Assembly (NCBI GenBank): GCA_049583635.1
Contig: JBAUWF010000066.1
Span: forward strand, 603 to 64,602
Source: Rhodanobacteraceae bacterium
Lineage (GTDB): Bacteria; Pseudomonadota; Gammaproteobacteria; Xanthomonadales; Rhodanobacteraceae
Length of the DNA: 64,000 bases
Direction of reading: 5' to 3'
Shown: positions 54,927 through 64,000 of the stretch, in pieces
Numbering within the stretch: the first letter of the stretch is position 1
Layout: each line of letters starts with the position of its first letter
Notes under the pieces: model-generated
The model's database searches: none
Seen by the model: the letters and a program-made list of their open reading frames with translations, nothing else
Told to the model about the DNA's origin: nothing
Program-made: the position numbers and the translations under genes

Positions 54927-56318
54927 ATGCATCGCCCCAATCCCTCTCGCAAGGCCGCACACACGATTTTCGCCGTCGGTTGTGCGCTTACCGTCAGCCT
55001 GCTCGTCGTCGCCACCAATACGCGTGCCGCCCTGCCGGCCGAGGTCGCGGGCGAGCCCATGCCGTCACTCGCACCGATGCTCGCGCGCGTGACACCTGCA
55101 GTTGTCAACATCAGCTCCAAGACGCGCGTGCGCGTACGCGATCCGTATTTCGACGATCCATTCTTTCGCCGCTTCTTCGGCGTGCCGGAGATTCCACGCG
55201 AGCGTGTGCAACAGTCGCTCGGATCGGGCGTGGTCGTCAATGCGACGAAAGGATACGTGCTGACCAACAACCATGTCGTGGCGGGTGCCGATGACATCGC
55301 GGTAACACTGACCAGCGGACAAACGGTCAAAGCCAGGGTGATCGGCACCGACCCCGATTCCGATCTCGCGGTGCTGCAAATCCCGGCCGATAATCTGACC
55401 GCGTTGCCGCTGGCCGACTCATCGCAATTGCGCGTCGGCGATTTCGTCGTTGCCGTCGGCGATCCGTTCGGTCTCGGCCAGACCGTCACCTCGGGCATCG
55501 TCTCGGCTCTGCAGCGCACCGGCCTGCGTGGTGAGGGATACCAGAATTACATCCAGACCGATGCGTCGATCAATCCGGGCAACTCCGGCGGCGCGCTGGT
55601 CAACCTGCGTGGTGAGCTGGTCGGTATCAATTCGATGATCTATTCGCCGTCCGGCGGTAACGTCGGTATCGGTTTCGCGATTCCGTCGGATCTGGCCAGC
55701 GACGTCATGCGCCAACTGGTCGCTACCGGGGAAGTCAGGCGCGGTGCGCTTGGCGTCGATGCGCAGGACATTACGCCGCAGCTGGCAAAGATGCTGTCAC
55801 TGAACAATCGCAAGGGTGCGGTCATCACGCGCGTTCGCAGTGGCTCGCCTGCCGAGCAGATCGGCCTCAAGCCCGGCGATACGATTGTGTCGCTTGATGG
55901 CAAACCGGTCGCAAGCGCACAGCAATTGCACAATATCGAAGGCCTGACGCCGATCGGATCGCAGGTGAGTCTCGGCATATTGCGCGACGGCAAGCTGCTC
56001 GCGCTTGAAACCACACTCACCGCCCCTGTTGTACACACGGCAAAAGGCGCAAGCGTCGATCCACGTCTCGCCGGAGCCGAACTCGCCGATCTTGCCGACA
56101 GTCAGCACCGCAACGGCGGCGGCGTCACGGTGACGCGTGTTGCCGACGGCAGCCGTGCGTTCCGGAGCGGTCTTCGCATCGGCGATGTCATCGTTGCGGT
56201 GAACCAACAGGATATCCGGGGCACACGCGATCTCGAACGCCTTGCCGGAACCCATCCGGGGCAATTGCTGCTGACGCTGGTGCGCGGCGACAACGCATAC
56301 TTTCTCATGCTCAACTGA
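54927..56318 (+). CDS. Do/DegP/MucD-family periplasmic serine endoprotease (trypsin domain + 2 PDZ)
   Basis: 463 aa from ATG 54927 (RBS AAGGA). Signal peptide, LTNNHVV (His), DSDLAVLQI (Asp), TDASINPGNSGGALVNLRGELVGINS (Ser), then two PDZ-like segments. Confidence 0.9.
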   Translation: MHRPNPSRKAAHTIFAVGCALTVSLLVVATNTRAALPAEVAGEPMPSLAPMLARVTPAVVNISSKTRVRVRDPYFDDPFFRRFFGVPEIPRERVQQSLGSGVVVNATKGYVLTNNHVVAGADDIAVTLTSGQTVKARVIGTDPDSDLAVLQIPADNLTALPLADSSQLRVGDFVVAVGDPFGLGQTVTSGIVSALQRTGLRGEGYQNYIQTDASINPGNSGGALVNLRGELVGINSMIYSPSGGNVGIGFAIPSDLASDVMRQLVATGEVRRGALGVDAQDITPQLAKMLSLNNRKGAVITRVRSGSPAEQIGLKPGDTIVSLDGKPVASAQQLHNIEGLTPIGSQVSLGILRDGKLLALETTLTAPVVHTAKGASVDPRLAGAELADLADSQHRNGGGVTVTRVADGSRAFRSGLRIGDVIVAVNQQDIRGTRDLERLAGTHPGQLLLTLVRGDNAYFLMLN

Positions 56319-56424
56319 ACGAATCCGCGTACGCGCCGCATCACGCGGCTGAACGGAATTTTCGATCGTGCATGCAGGTCTGCGTGATATCGTTGCGGTG
56401 CTATCAGTCGTGGGATCCCGCGCC

Positions 56425-57864
56425 ATGCCGCGTTGCCGTTTGTCGACACTGCTCTTCGCACTGCTGTTTGCGCTGCTTTCCAGCCCGATTCCCGCGACCG
56501 CCCGAAAAGCCGTCGCGAAACCCACCCAAGCCAATCTGATCTGGCGCGGCGACATCGTCAGCGCACGCGGGTTCATGGACGATCTGGCAAGGGCTTTCGA
56601 GAAGGCCCACAAAGGCCATGTCACGTTGCAGCCATTCAGCACGATTTCCGGAATCGACGCGGTCGCTGCGGGCCGTGCCGACCTCGCCGGCAGTGCACGC
56701 CACGGTTACGCCAAGCGCGCCGAAGAGGCCAACCTCGATTTCATCCCGGTCGCTCTCGATGCGATCGTCGCGATTACGCATCCGCGCAATCCGGCCCACG
56801 ACATCACGCTGGCACAATTGCGCAATGTGTACCTCGGCAAGATAACCAACTGGAAGGAACTCGGCGGCAACGACACGCCGATCAACCTGTATGCGATCGC
56901 CGCACCACTCGATGGCGTGGAGTTCAGTCTGCGCGCGCTGTTGTTTCACAATGGAGATCAGCGCGTCGCCGCACCGCGGCTGTATCTGAATACTGAAAAG
57001 CTGGAGGAAGGTGTCGCCATCGATCCGGCCGGGCTCGGGCTTTCCACGTTGTCGTCGACGTTTGCCAACAAGCGCGTGAAAATGCTCAACGTCGAAGGCA
57101 TTGCGCCAAGCATGAGTCACGTTGCGGACGGAAGCTATCCGTTGTTCATGACGCTCTATCTCGGTGACAATGCAAAGACGCCGAATAAGCCCGAAGTCGA
57201 AGCCTTTCTCGCGTTCATCGACACCCCTGTCGCGCAGCAGACGTTGCGCAATCACCGGCTCGTCCCGTATGCGGAGGCCGGCAATGTCGATGCACTCAAG
57301 GCCGCGCGCATCGCGCGCATCGACACCGAGCTGTTTCCGAACGGGCCGCCGAGCGCGATTGCGGGCGCAGCCGGGCCGCCCCCGCCAGAAACAATACCGA
57401 CGCCCGCTGTTGCGCCGAACGCGACCGCCGAGGCGACGGCGCAGTCGCGCAGCCAGTCCGGCGCCGCGGGCGCCACCGCGACTGAACGCAAGGAAACGGC
57501 CGCCGTGAAAATGCTGGCCGGCTCCGCTGCGCCTGCGCCACCTGTCGGTCACCACCATGCCAACCTGTCGAAACCGTCCAGGGCGCTGGCAAAGAATCCA
57601 TCACACAAACCCCGCGCAAAGACGCCGGTCAAGGCGCTCGCCAGCACGCATGACAAAGCGGCGGCGAAGACGCGCAAGCCACCTGAACGCAAGGCCAGCT
57701 TTGCCAATGTAACGGCCGCGGTCAGTCCGGCCGGTAACGCGCTCGCGAGTTTCGACAATGTGAAGTCGGAAGCAACCGCTTCATCGAAAGCCAACCCCGG
57801 CTCGACCTTCGCGGGCGTCCGTGCCGGCGCCAGCAAGGCCACCGAAGAGGGGCAGGCACATTGA
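56425..57864 (+). CDS. PstS-family (PBP-like 2) periplasmic binding domain protein with ~190-aa Ala/Pro/Lys-rich tail
   Basis: 479 aa from ATG 56425. Signal peptide MPRCRLSTLLFALLFALLSSPIPATA. LAQLRNVYLGKITNWKELGG is the PstS-family hallmark. A low-complexity tail runs from about nt 57340. Confidence 0.75.
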   Translation: MPRCRLSTLLFALLFALLSSPIPATARKAVAKPTQANLIWRGDIVSARGFMDDLARAFEKAHKGHVTLQPFSTISGIDAVAAGRADLAGSARHGYAKRAEEANLDFIPVALDAIVAITHPRNPAHDITLAQLRNVYLGKITNWKELGGNDTPINLYAIAAPLDGVEFSLRALLFHNGDQRVAAPRLYLNTEKLEEGVAIDPAGLGLSTLSSTFANKRVKMLNVEGIAPSMSHVADGSYPLFMTLYLGDNAKTPNKPEVEAFLAFIDTPVAQQTLRNHRLVPYAEAGNVDALKAARIARIDTELFPNGPPSAIAGAAGPPPPETIPTPAVAPNATAEATAQSRSQSGAAGATATERKETAAVKMLAGSAAPAPPVGHHHANLSKPSRALAKNPSHKPRAKTPVKALASTHDKAAAKTRKPPERKASFANVTAAVSPAGNALASFDNVKSEATASSKANPGSTFAGVRAGASKATEEGQAH

Positions 57865-58168
57865 GAAAGGTACGCGTCGAATCGATGTGAGCTCCGGTGC
57901 CGGTGCAGACCCTCGCAACGCGTCTCGAGTATCTTTGCGATTGTTCTGCTAGCGATGCAATCTTTTTGACGCCGCGTGCGCAATGACGTGGCGCGCGACA
58001 TCTGCGATGCCCGCGTCGCTGATCTGGGTCGCGCGGTTGAACCCGATGGCGTGGCGTGGTCGAATGGCGCCAGGGCCGGATCTCCGCGTTCATGGTCGTG
58101 GCGATTCAACGATCCGGGGTTGCATGTAACGGCCGAAACGCAACGGATACCGCGACGGAGGACGTGCG

Positions 58169-59548
58169 ATGCAGGGATGGATCGGCTCTGAAAAATCCGG
58201 CACCGCCACACCGTTGCTGCTGATTGACCGGGATGGCTTCGAGGCGTTGGTCGAGAGCCTCGCAGACGACGCCCGCACCTGGTGCGCCCATCACGATTTC
58301 GCTGGCCAGGCCGGCCGGTTTCTGGCACTGCCCGGCACCCGGGGCAACATCGCGGTGGTGCTGGCCGGCTGCGATCGCGCGCACCCGTTTTATGCGCTCG
58401 CTGCACTACCATTGCTATTGCCCCCGGGCGACTACGTGCTCGACGCGCGCGGGTTGGCCGTGGACAAGGCCGAGGCCGCGCTGCATTGGGCGCTCGGCGC
58501 CTACCAGTTCGTCCGCTATCGCAAAGCACGACGGCAACCTGCCGGCCTCGTCGTCGATGCCAACGACCAGACGCGCGTTGTCGCAAGCGCGCGCGCGGCC
58601 TGCCGAGTGCGTGACCTGGTCAATACGCCGACCGAAGATCTCGGACCCGGCGAGCTGGCCGAAGCGGTACGCGAGCTCGCTGCCACGCACAGCGGCGACT
58701 ACCGCGACTGGCAGGGCGATGACCTTGCGCGCGACTTTCCGGCGATCCATGCGGTCGGGCGTGCGAGCCACCGCGCACCGCGCCTGGCCATGCTCACGCA
58801 CGGTCAGGCCGACGCACCGCACATCGTCCTGGTCGGCAAGGGCGTGTGCTTCGACACCGGCGGTCTCGATCTGAAGACCGCCGACGGCATGCGCTGGATG
58901 AAAAAGGACATGGGCGGCGCGGCGCACGCGATCGCATTGGCCGGCCTGATTCTCGAATCCGGTCTGCCGGTGCGCCTGAGCCTGCTGATTCCGGCAGTCG
59001 AGAACGCGATTGCCGGCAACGCCTATCGACCCGGAGAGGTTATCCGCACGCGTACCGGCCTCAGCGTGGAGGTGGACAACACCGATGCCGAAGGTCGACT
59101 CGTGCTGTGCGATGCGCTGGCCTTCGCAGCCGAACAGAAACCGGACCTGATCCTCGATTTCGCCACGCTGACCGGTGCAGCGCGCGTTGCGCTCGGGCCG
59201 GACCTCCCTGCGCTGTTCAGCAATCGCGACGACATCGCCGAACAACTGCTGGCCAGTGCACAGGCCACCAGCGATCCGTTATGGCGCCTGCCGCTGTGGC
59301 GTCCGTACCTGACCATGCTCGACTCAAGCATCGCTGATTTGACCAATTCGGCCACCTCGCGGCACGCCGGCGCCATAACCGCGGCATTGTTTCTCGAACG
59401 CTTCGTGCCGGAAACCCGGGCTTGGTGCCACATCGACGTGTACGCGTGGAACGACAGCGACAAGCCCGGCCGGCCGCGCGGCGGCGAAGCGCAGGGACTG
59501 CGCGCCTGTTTCGAGTTTCTGAAGCGTCACTACGCAGCAGTCGCGTAA
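58169..59548 (+). CDS. M17 leucyl aminopeptidase family protein
   Basis: 459 aa. VGKGVCFDTGGLDLK, MKKDMGGAA, NTDAEGRLVLCDAL, TLTGAA. Confidence 0.85.
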   Translation: MQGWIGSEKSGTATPLLLIDRDGFEALVESLADDARTWCAHHDFAGQAGRFLALPGTRGNIAVVLAGCDRAHPFYALAALPLLLPPGDYVLDARGLAVDKAEAALHWALGAYQFVRYRKARRQPAGLVVDANDQTRVVASARAACRVRDLVNTPTEDLGPGELAEAVRELAATHSGDYRDWQGDDLARDFPAIHAVGRASHRAPRLAMLTHGQADAPHIVLVGKGVCFDTGGLDLKTADGMRWMKKDMGGAAHAIALAGLILESGLPVRLSLLIPAVENAIAGNAYRPGEVIRTRTGLSVEVDNTDAEGRLVLCDALAFAAEQKPDLILDFATLTGAARVALGPDLPALFSNRDDIAEQLLASAQATSDPLWRLPLWRPYLTMLDSSIADLTNSATSRHAGAITAALFLERFVPETRAWCHIDVYAWNDSDKPGRPRGGEAQGLRACFEFLKRHYAAVA

Positions 59549-59551
59549 TTT

Positions 59552-59950
59552 TCAGTCGGCACGCGACAGATCGGCGATCGCAGCCTCGCTCTCCACGCGC
59601 CGATTGTCGTCGAACGGCGCGATGTCGACGCGCTCGATCGTGGTCGGGTCGAGACAGCGCACGTTGCCATCGATGCCATCGGGATTCGAGCGCGGAACAT
59701 AGAAGCTCTTGACGCCACAATGCGTGCAGAAGCGATGCTTCGCGATGCCGGTGTTGAAGGTGTATTCGGTCAGCGCGTCCGTCCCGTCCAGCAGACGAAA
59801 GCGCGCGGCAGGCACGATCAGATGCACGAAGCCCGTCATGCGACAGATCGAACAATTGCACTCGAGCGCCGCGATGATCGCGGACGCATCCACCTCGAAA
59901 CGCACGCGGCCGCAATGACAGCCACCGCGATGCGTGACGCGCGCCGTCAT
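59552..59950 (-). CDS. GFA/CENP-V family zinc-binding protein (paralog 2)
   Basis: 132 aa from ATG 59950. [25 protein letters not shown]. The start overlaps the SPFH stop (ATGA). Confidence 0.8.
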   Translation of the reverse strand: MTARVTHRGGCHCGRVRFEVDASAIIAALECNCSICRMTGFVHLIVPAARFRLLDGTDALTEYTFNTGIAKHRFCTHCGVKSFYVPRSNPDGIDGNVRCLDPTTIERVDIAPFDDNRRVESEAAIADLSRAD

Positions 59951-60705
59951 GCGTCGCGCTTGCGGCCGAGCAACGGTTCGATCAGATCGAGCGGCAACGG
60001 GAACAGGATGGTATGGCTCTTGTCGCCGGCCACCTCGACCATCGTCTGCAGATAGCGCAACTGGATGGCCTGTGGCTGCTGCATCAGTGTCTGCGCGGCC
60101 TGCATGAGTTTCTCCGACGCCTGCAGTTCGCCTTCGGCGTTGATCACCTTGGCGCGGCGCTGGCGCTCGGCTTCGGCCTGCTTGGCGATCGCGCGGATCA
60201 TGCCCTCGTCCAGATCGACCTGCTTGATCTCGACATTGGCGACCTTGATGCCCCAAGCATCGGTGTGCTGATCGAGGATCGCCTGGATGTCGTGATTGAG
60301 CTTGTCGCGCGCGGCCAGCATGTCGTCGAGCTCGTGCTGACCAAGCACCGAGCGCAGGGTGGTCTGCGCAAGCTGGCTGGTTGCCTCGTACACATCGGCG
60401 ACCTGGATCACGGCTTTTTCCGGATCGATGATGCGGAAATAGATGACCGCATTGACCTTGACCGACACGTTATCGCGCGAGATCACATCCTGCGGCGGCA
60501 CCGACAACACCACGGTGCGCAGATCCATGCGCACCATCTGCTGCGCCACCGGCAGCAGGATGATGATGCCGGGTCCCTTCACCGACTGAAAACGTCCGAA
60601 CAGAAAAACCACGCCACGCTCGTACTCGCGCAGTATCTTGATCGAGGACAGCAGCAACAGCGCGATCAGGACGACAACGACCGCAAGACTTGAAAACATC
60701 AGCAT
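59947..60705 (-). CDS. SPFH/Band-7 (stomatin-like) membrane protein
   Basis: 252 aa from the ATG at codon 31 of the track ORF. TM anchor, then [44 protein letters not shown], and a coiled [20 protein letters not shown]. Confidence 0.9.
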   Translation of the reverse strand: MLMFSSLAVVVVLIALLLLSSIKILREYERGVVFLFGRFQSVKGPGIIILLPVAQQMVRMDLRTVVLSVPPQDVISRDNVSVKVNAVIYFRIIDPEKAVIQVADVYEATSQLAQTTLRSVLGQHELDDMLAARDKLNHDIQAILDQHTDAWGIKVANVEIKQVDLDEGMIRAIAKQAEAERQRRAKVINAEGELQASEKLMQAAQTLMQQPQAIQLRYLQTMVEVAGDKSHTILFPLPLDLIEPLLGRKRDA

Positions 60706-60730
60706 TCTCCGTTGATTGAACGATTCAGCG

Positions 60731-62170
60731 TCACGCCTCCCGCACGCCGGGCAATTCGCCAGCGCCCGCGTGATCGCGTGTGAGCGGACTGACAATGAGC
60801 GTCAGACCATCGAGCCCGGTCACGCGCACCTGTTGGCCCTTGCGAACCGGGACGGCGCTGCGCGCCTGCCAGCGCTCGCTATGCACATGCACGTCGCCCA
60901 GATCCTGGAAATCTTCTATCGCCACCGCTATGGCGCCGATCATCTGCTCGCGCCCGCTGACCACCGGCCTTTGCCGCGCTCGCAGCGCGAGCCAGATAAT
61001 CCCGACCACAACCAGCGCCGCGGCAAGGCTGACGCCCACCAGCAGGGGCAGCGAGATGCCATAGCCGGGCAAATCCGTATTCATCAGTACCACCGATCCT
61101 GTCACAAACGCGATGACGCCGCCGATGCCGAGCGAACCGTAAGCCGGCACGAAAGTCTCGGCAACGATCAGAACCACGCCGAGCGCGATCAGCGCAAGCC
61201 CGGCAAAGTTCACCGGCAGCAACTGGAATGCGTACAGCGCGAGCAACAAACAGATCGCGCCGACCACGCCGGGCAATACCGCACCCGGACTGTATCCCTC
61301 GAAGAGCAATCCATAGATGCCGAGCAGCAGCAGGATATAGGCAACCGACGGATTGGCGATGACGCCAAGAAAACGGCTGCGCCAATCCGGCGACCAGTCG
61401 TGCACCGCGACATCGCGGGTGTGCAGGACTGTAGGGCCGGTCGCGGTCACCAAACGGCGGCCATCGATATTTTTCAGCAGGTCCGGGACGTTGTCGGTGA
61501 TCAAGTCGATCACATGCATTTGCAATGCCTCGCGCGCCGGGAGGCTCGCAGCGTCGCGCACGGCCTGCTCGGCCCAGTCGGCATTGCGGTCACGCTTGGC
61601 CGCCAGAGCGCGGATATACGCGATCGCGTCGTTACGAACCTTGCGCGATTCGGCATCCGCGGGTACCGGCGTCGCAGGCTTCGCTGCGGCGCCGGGCGCC
61701 GGTTTGCCCTTCTCGCGCTGATCCTTTTTCGAATCGCTTCCAGCTGCGCCCTGGCCGCCACCGCCGATCAACTGCACCGGCGTCGCCGCGCCGAGATTGG
61801 TGGCCGGCGCCATCGCGGCGATGTGGCAAGCGTAAAGGATATAGGTGCCGGCGCTGGCCGCGCGCGAGCCGCCGGGCGCCACGAAGCCGACGACTGGCAC
61901 ACCCGAGGCGAGTATGGCCTTGATGATGCGGCGCATCGCGCCATCGAGTCCGCCGGGGGTATCGATCTCGATCACGATAGCCGCCGCGGAAGCGGCGTTG
62001 GCCTTGGCGATACCGCGGGTTATGTAATCGGCGCTGGCCGGCCCGATCGCGTCGTCGAGATGCATCAGCCAGACATCGTGAACATCGCCCGTTGCCGTCT
62101 GCGCACATCGCGACGCGACTGGCACCGTGGCCAGCAAGCCCGACAGTAGAAGCAGCGACAATCTGCCCAT
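60731..62170 (-). CDS. NfeD-family membrane-bound ClpP-class serine protease
   Basis: 479 aa from ATG 62170. Signal peptide, ClpP-like domain ([45 protein letters not shown]), a multi-TM block and a C-terminal OB-like domain. This is the classic NfeD-then-SPFH operon. Confidence 0.85.
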   Translation of the reverse strand: MGRLSLLLLSGLLATVPVASRCAQTATGDVHDVWLMHLDDAIGPASADYITRGIAKANAASAAAIVIEIDTPGGLDGAMRRIIKAILASGVPVVGFVAPGGSRAASAGTYILYACHIAAMAPATNLGAATPVQLIGGGGQGAAGSDSKKDQREKGKPAPGAAAKPATPVPADAESRKVRNDAIAYIRALAAKRDRNADWAEQAVRDAASLPAREALQMHVIDLITDNVPDLLKNIDGRRLVTATGPTVLHTRDVAVHDWSPDWRSRFLGVIANPSVAYILLLLGIYGLLFEGYSPGAVLPGVVGAICLLLALYAFQLLPVNFAGLALIALGVVLIVAETFVPAYGSLGIGGVIAFVTGSVVLMNTDLPGYGISLPLLVGVSLAAALVVVGIIWLALRARQRPVVSGREQMIGAIAVAIEDFQDLGDVHVHSERWQARSAVPVRKGQQVRVTGLDGLTLIVSPLTRDHAGAGELPGVREA

Positions 62171-62246
62171 GAGACCATCAGACCAGATCGGCACGCAGAC
62201 GGCAAACCGCGCCGGTGTGCGGTGGCGGCCGAAACCCGCGGTTCGC

Positions 62247-62618
62247 TCAGGCAGTCAGGCGCGGTGCGGGTTTCGGCTGGGGTGCACTGCGGGCAGCGCG
62301 AGCGATGGCCCAGACGACTGCCGCGAGCAGCAACAGCGGCAACACCATTGGCAGCAATACCAGGCCGAACGTCAACGCCAACGCGCCGGCAACCAATATC
62401 ATCGGGACCGCGCAGACCAGCATGACGATGCCACCGACCAGACGAAACACGAAACCGAGCATGGCGAACGCAATCCACACTCCGATGCAAACCGCCGCGA
62501 GCGCGAGCAGCGCCGGCAGCACCGCGAGACCGGCACTGAACAGCATGAAGCCGCCGATGACGGCGCAAATCGAGAACATGAGACCCATGATCGAATCTCC
62601 AGCAGCCAGTGTGCCCAT
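62247..62618 (-). CDS. small polytopic membrane protein, unknown function
   Basis: 123 aa (or about 113 from 62588), almost entirely hydrophobic helices. Coding status is supported only by hydrophobic periodicity and GC3. Confidence 0.5.
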   Translation of the reverse strand: MGTLAAGDSIMGLMFSICAVIGGFMLFSAGLAVLPALLALAAVCIGVWIAFAMLGFVFRLVGGIVMLVCAVPMILVAGALALTFGLVLLPMVLPLLLLAAVVWAIARAARSAPQPKPAPRLTA

Positions 62619-62733
62619 ATCATAGCCCCGTGCGTTCGCTTGCGCCTGTGCAAGAGGTCACCTGCCCCGGCGTAACAACCCGCGTAAGCTATCGACAACG
62701 CATCGCCACGCGGTGTCGCCGGAATCGAACATC

Positions 62734-63561
62734 ATGGCCAAGCTCGATGTGCTCATTCACCTGCGCCGCACCGAAGGTGACACGCCGGCAGTGCTCGCGG
62801 GTCTTGCATTGGCGAAGCGCCTGGACGCCTGGGTGCTCGGCCTGCACGTGGTGCCGATCGCTTCGGCGGCGTTCGCGACTCCCGAGGCAGTCGCCGTGCA
62901 AGTGCACCAGGCGGATCAATTTTACGAGGAAGCGCTGACGCGCGCCGCGTGGTGGCACGCCCAACTGGATCGGCATTCGCTGTCAGGCGAGTGGCAGGTA
63001 TCGCAGGGCGATACCGTGGAGGCGCTGTGTCACGCCGCACGCTGGTGCGATCTGATCGTGCTCGAACGCCCGCTGCTCAATCCCGATGCCCCGACCGGCT
63101 GGGGCCTCGTCTCACGCACCGTGTTCGGGGCCGCCACACCGGTGGTCGTGGTGCCGGAAGCGGCACGACTCGATTCGATCGGCGCACATATCCTGGTCGC
63201 ATGGAACCGCAGCCGCGAATCCAGTCTCGCCATCCGCGCCGCGCTGCCGCTGCTGGTACGCGCCGAACGTGTCACCGTCCTTGCAGGCGATCCGGCCGAG
63301 GACCCGCTCGGACTGCGCTACCTACCTGCGTTCGATCTCGCCACGTGGCTGAAACGACGCGACGTAACGACAGCCACATTCCAGCCATTCAAACCCGAGC
63401 GCAATCACGGCGCCGCAATCCTCGATGCCGCTCGCGCGGCCGGCGCGGACCTGATCGTGATGGGCGCCTGGGGCCACTCGCGCATCAGCGAACTCGTGCT
63501 CGGCGGGGCGACACGTCATCTGTTCCAGAACAGCGAACTGCCGCTGCTGGTCGCGCATTGA
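62734..63561 (+). CDS. tandem universal stress protein (UspA family)
   Basis: 275 aa from ATG 62734. Two Usp halves. The second ends with the ATP-binding type motif DLIVMGAWGHSRISELVLGGATRHL. Confidence 0.8.
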   Translation: MAKLDVLIHLRRTEGDTPAVLAGLALAKRLDAWVLGLHVVPIASAAFATPEAVAVQVHQADQFYEEALTRAAWWHAQLDRHSLSGEWQVSQGDTVEALCHAARWCDLIVLERPLLNPDAPTGWGLVSRTVFGAATPVVVVPEAARLDSIGAHILVAWNRSRESSLAIRAALPLLVRAERVTVLAGDPAEDPLGLRYLPAFDLATWLKRRDVTTATFQPFKPERNHGAAILDAARAAGADLIVMGAWGHSRISELVLGGATRHLFQNSELPLLVAH

Positions 63562-63660
63562 ACGGCAGCGGAACGGATTGTGCGGAAGAAATGCACTCGG
63601 CCCCGGGTTCCTACTCCTCATGAACTGAGGCAGCCGCAATCTGTTGCCGACACGCCAATG

Positions 63661-63690
63661 AAAAACCCGGCCTGCTGCGCGCAGACCGGG
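63661..63690 (-). terminator. rho-independent terminator after the outer-membrane protein gene
   Basis: On the minus strand: CCCGGTCTGC-gcgca-GCAGGCCGGG (10-bp stem, 1 mismatch) followed by TTTTT, about 64 nt downstream of the stop at 63754. Confidence 0.6.
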
Positions 63691-63753
63691 CGTTGCGGCG
63701 TCCCTGCCATGGACCTCCGTCGCAGCCAGCAGCACGCCCGCAGGCGTGCATCG

Positions 63754-64000
63754 GTCAGAAGCGGTATTCGCCGCTGACCGAGACCAGATCCGGATCGAGA
63801 CTCAATCCGCCCTTTTCGGCCTTGTAGTAGTCGTAGTTGAGGCCGACGCTTGCGTTGTTGCTGAAGTCGTAGCCGAAGCCGGCGCCCGCGTACCACTTGT
63901 TGGCATGGTCATCGACCCGTACCGGAAGCGCCGCAGCATCAAGGTAATCGCCCTTCAGGTCACCCCGGAAGAAACCCGTGCGCCCGCTGACATACCAGTT
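63754..64000 (-). CDS. outer-membrane beta-barrel protein, C-terminal part (partial, start beyond the right edge)
   Basis: Not in the ORF track (no start in window). Reverse translation gives ...NWYVSGRTGFFRGDLKGDY...KWYAGAGFGYDFSNNASVGLNYDYYKAEKGGLSLDPDLVSVSGEYRF-stop. It has alternating aromatic/Gly beta-strand patterning and a terminal Phe, typical of OMPs. Confidence 0.6.

Overview
High-GC (visibly about 65%) gammaproteobacterial-type chromosomal DNA; a Xanthomonadales/Nevskiales-like origin is only a guess from gene content and repeat style. About 45 protein genes are packed tightly, and most are core housekeeping. These include L-serine dehydratase, YoaA/DinG helicase, PBP1B, RelA, HrpA, an Mce/Mla-type ABC operon, ETF-QO, Lhr, a split class II RNR, DegP, an M17 peptidase and an NfeD-SPFH pair. 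I found no rRNA, tRNA, CRISPR array, transposase, integrase, phage module or recognisable defence system, so I cannot point to one clear novel system.

The less ordinary parts are:
- an edge-truncated Sec-signal RHS gene at the left end, missed by the ORF track
- an S8 subtilase preceded by a small secreted protein with an IPTL-CTERM-like tail
- an isolated 1460-aa four-module glycosyltransferase
- a Hanks kinase with a 4x ~100-aa repeat ectodomain
- relA translationally overlapped by an unknown secreted protein
- an amidase-alkB overlapping pair under a divergent GntR regulator
- a low-GC orphan CheR-like methyltransferase islet
- a Lys/Ala-rich histone-H1-like gene with 84-nt tandem repeats inserted between nrdJa and nrdJb
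- a 574-nt structured intergenic region between nrdJa and degP carrying an NrdR-box-like palindrome
- one nested-palindrome REP family present twice

Many long ORFs in the track are Arg/Ala-rich antisense or off-frame shadows typical of high-GC DNA and are not reported as genes. Starts were re-picked by hand where the track's earliest start overlapped a neighbour. Hand-indexed motif coordinates may be off by 1-2 nt. All family assignments come from my own reading of motifs; no database search was run.
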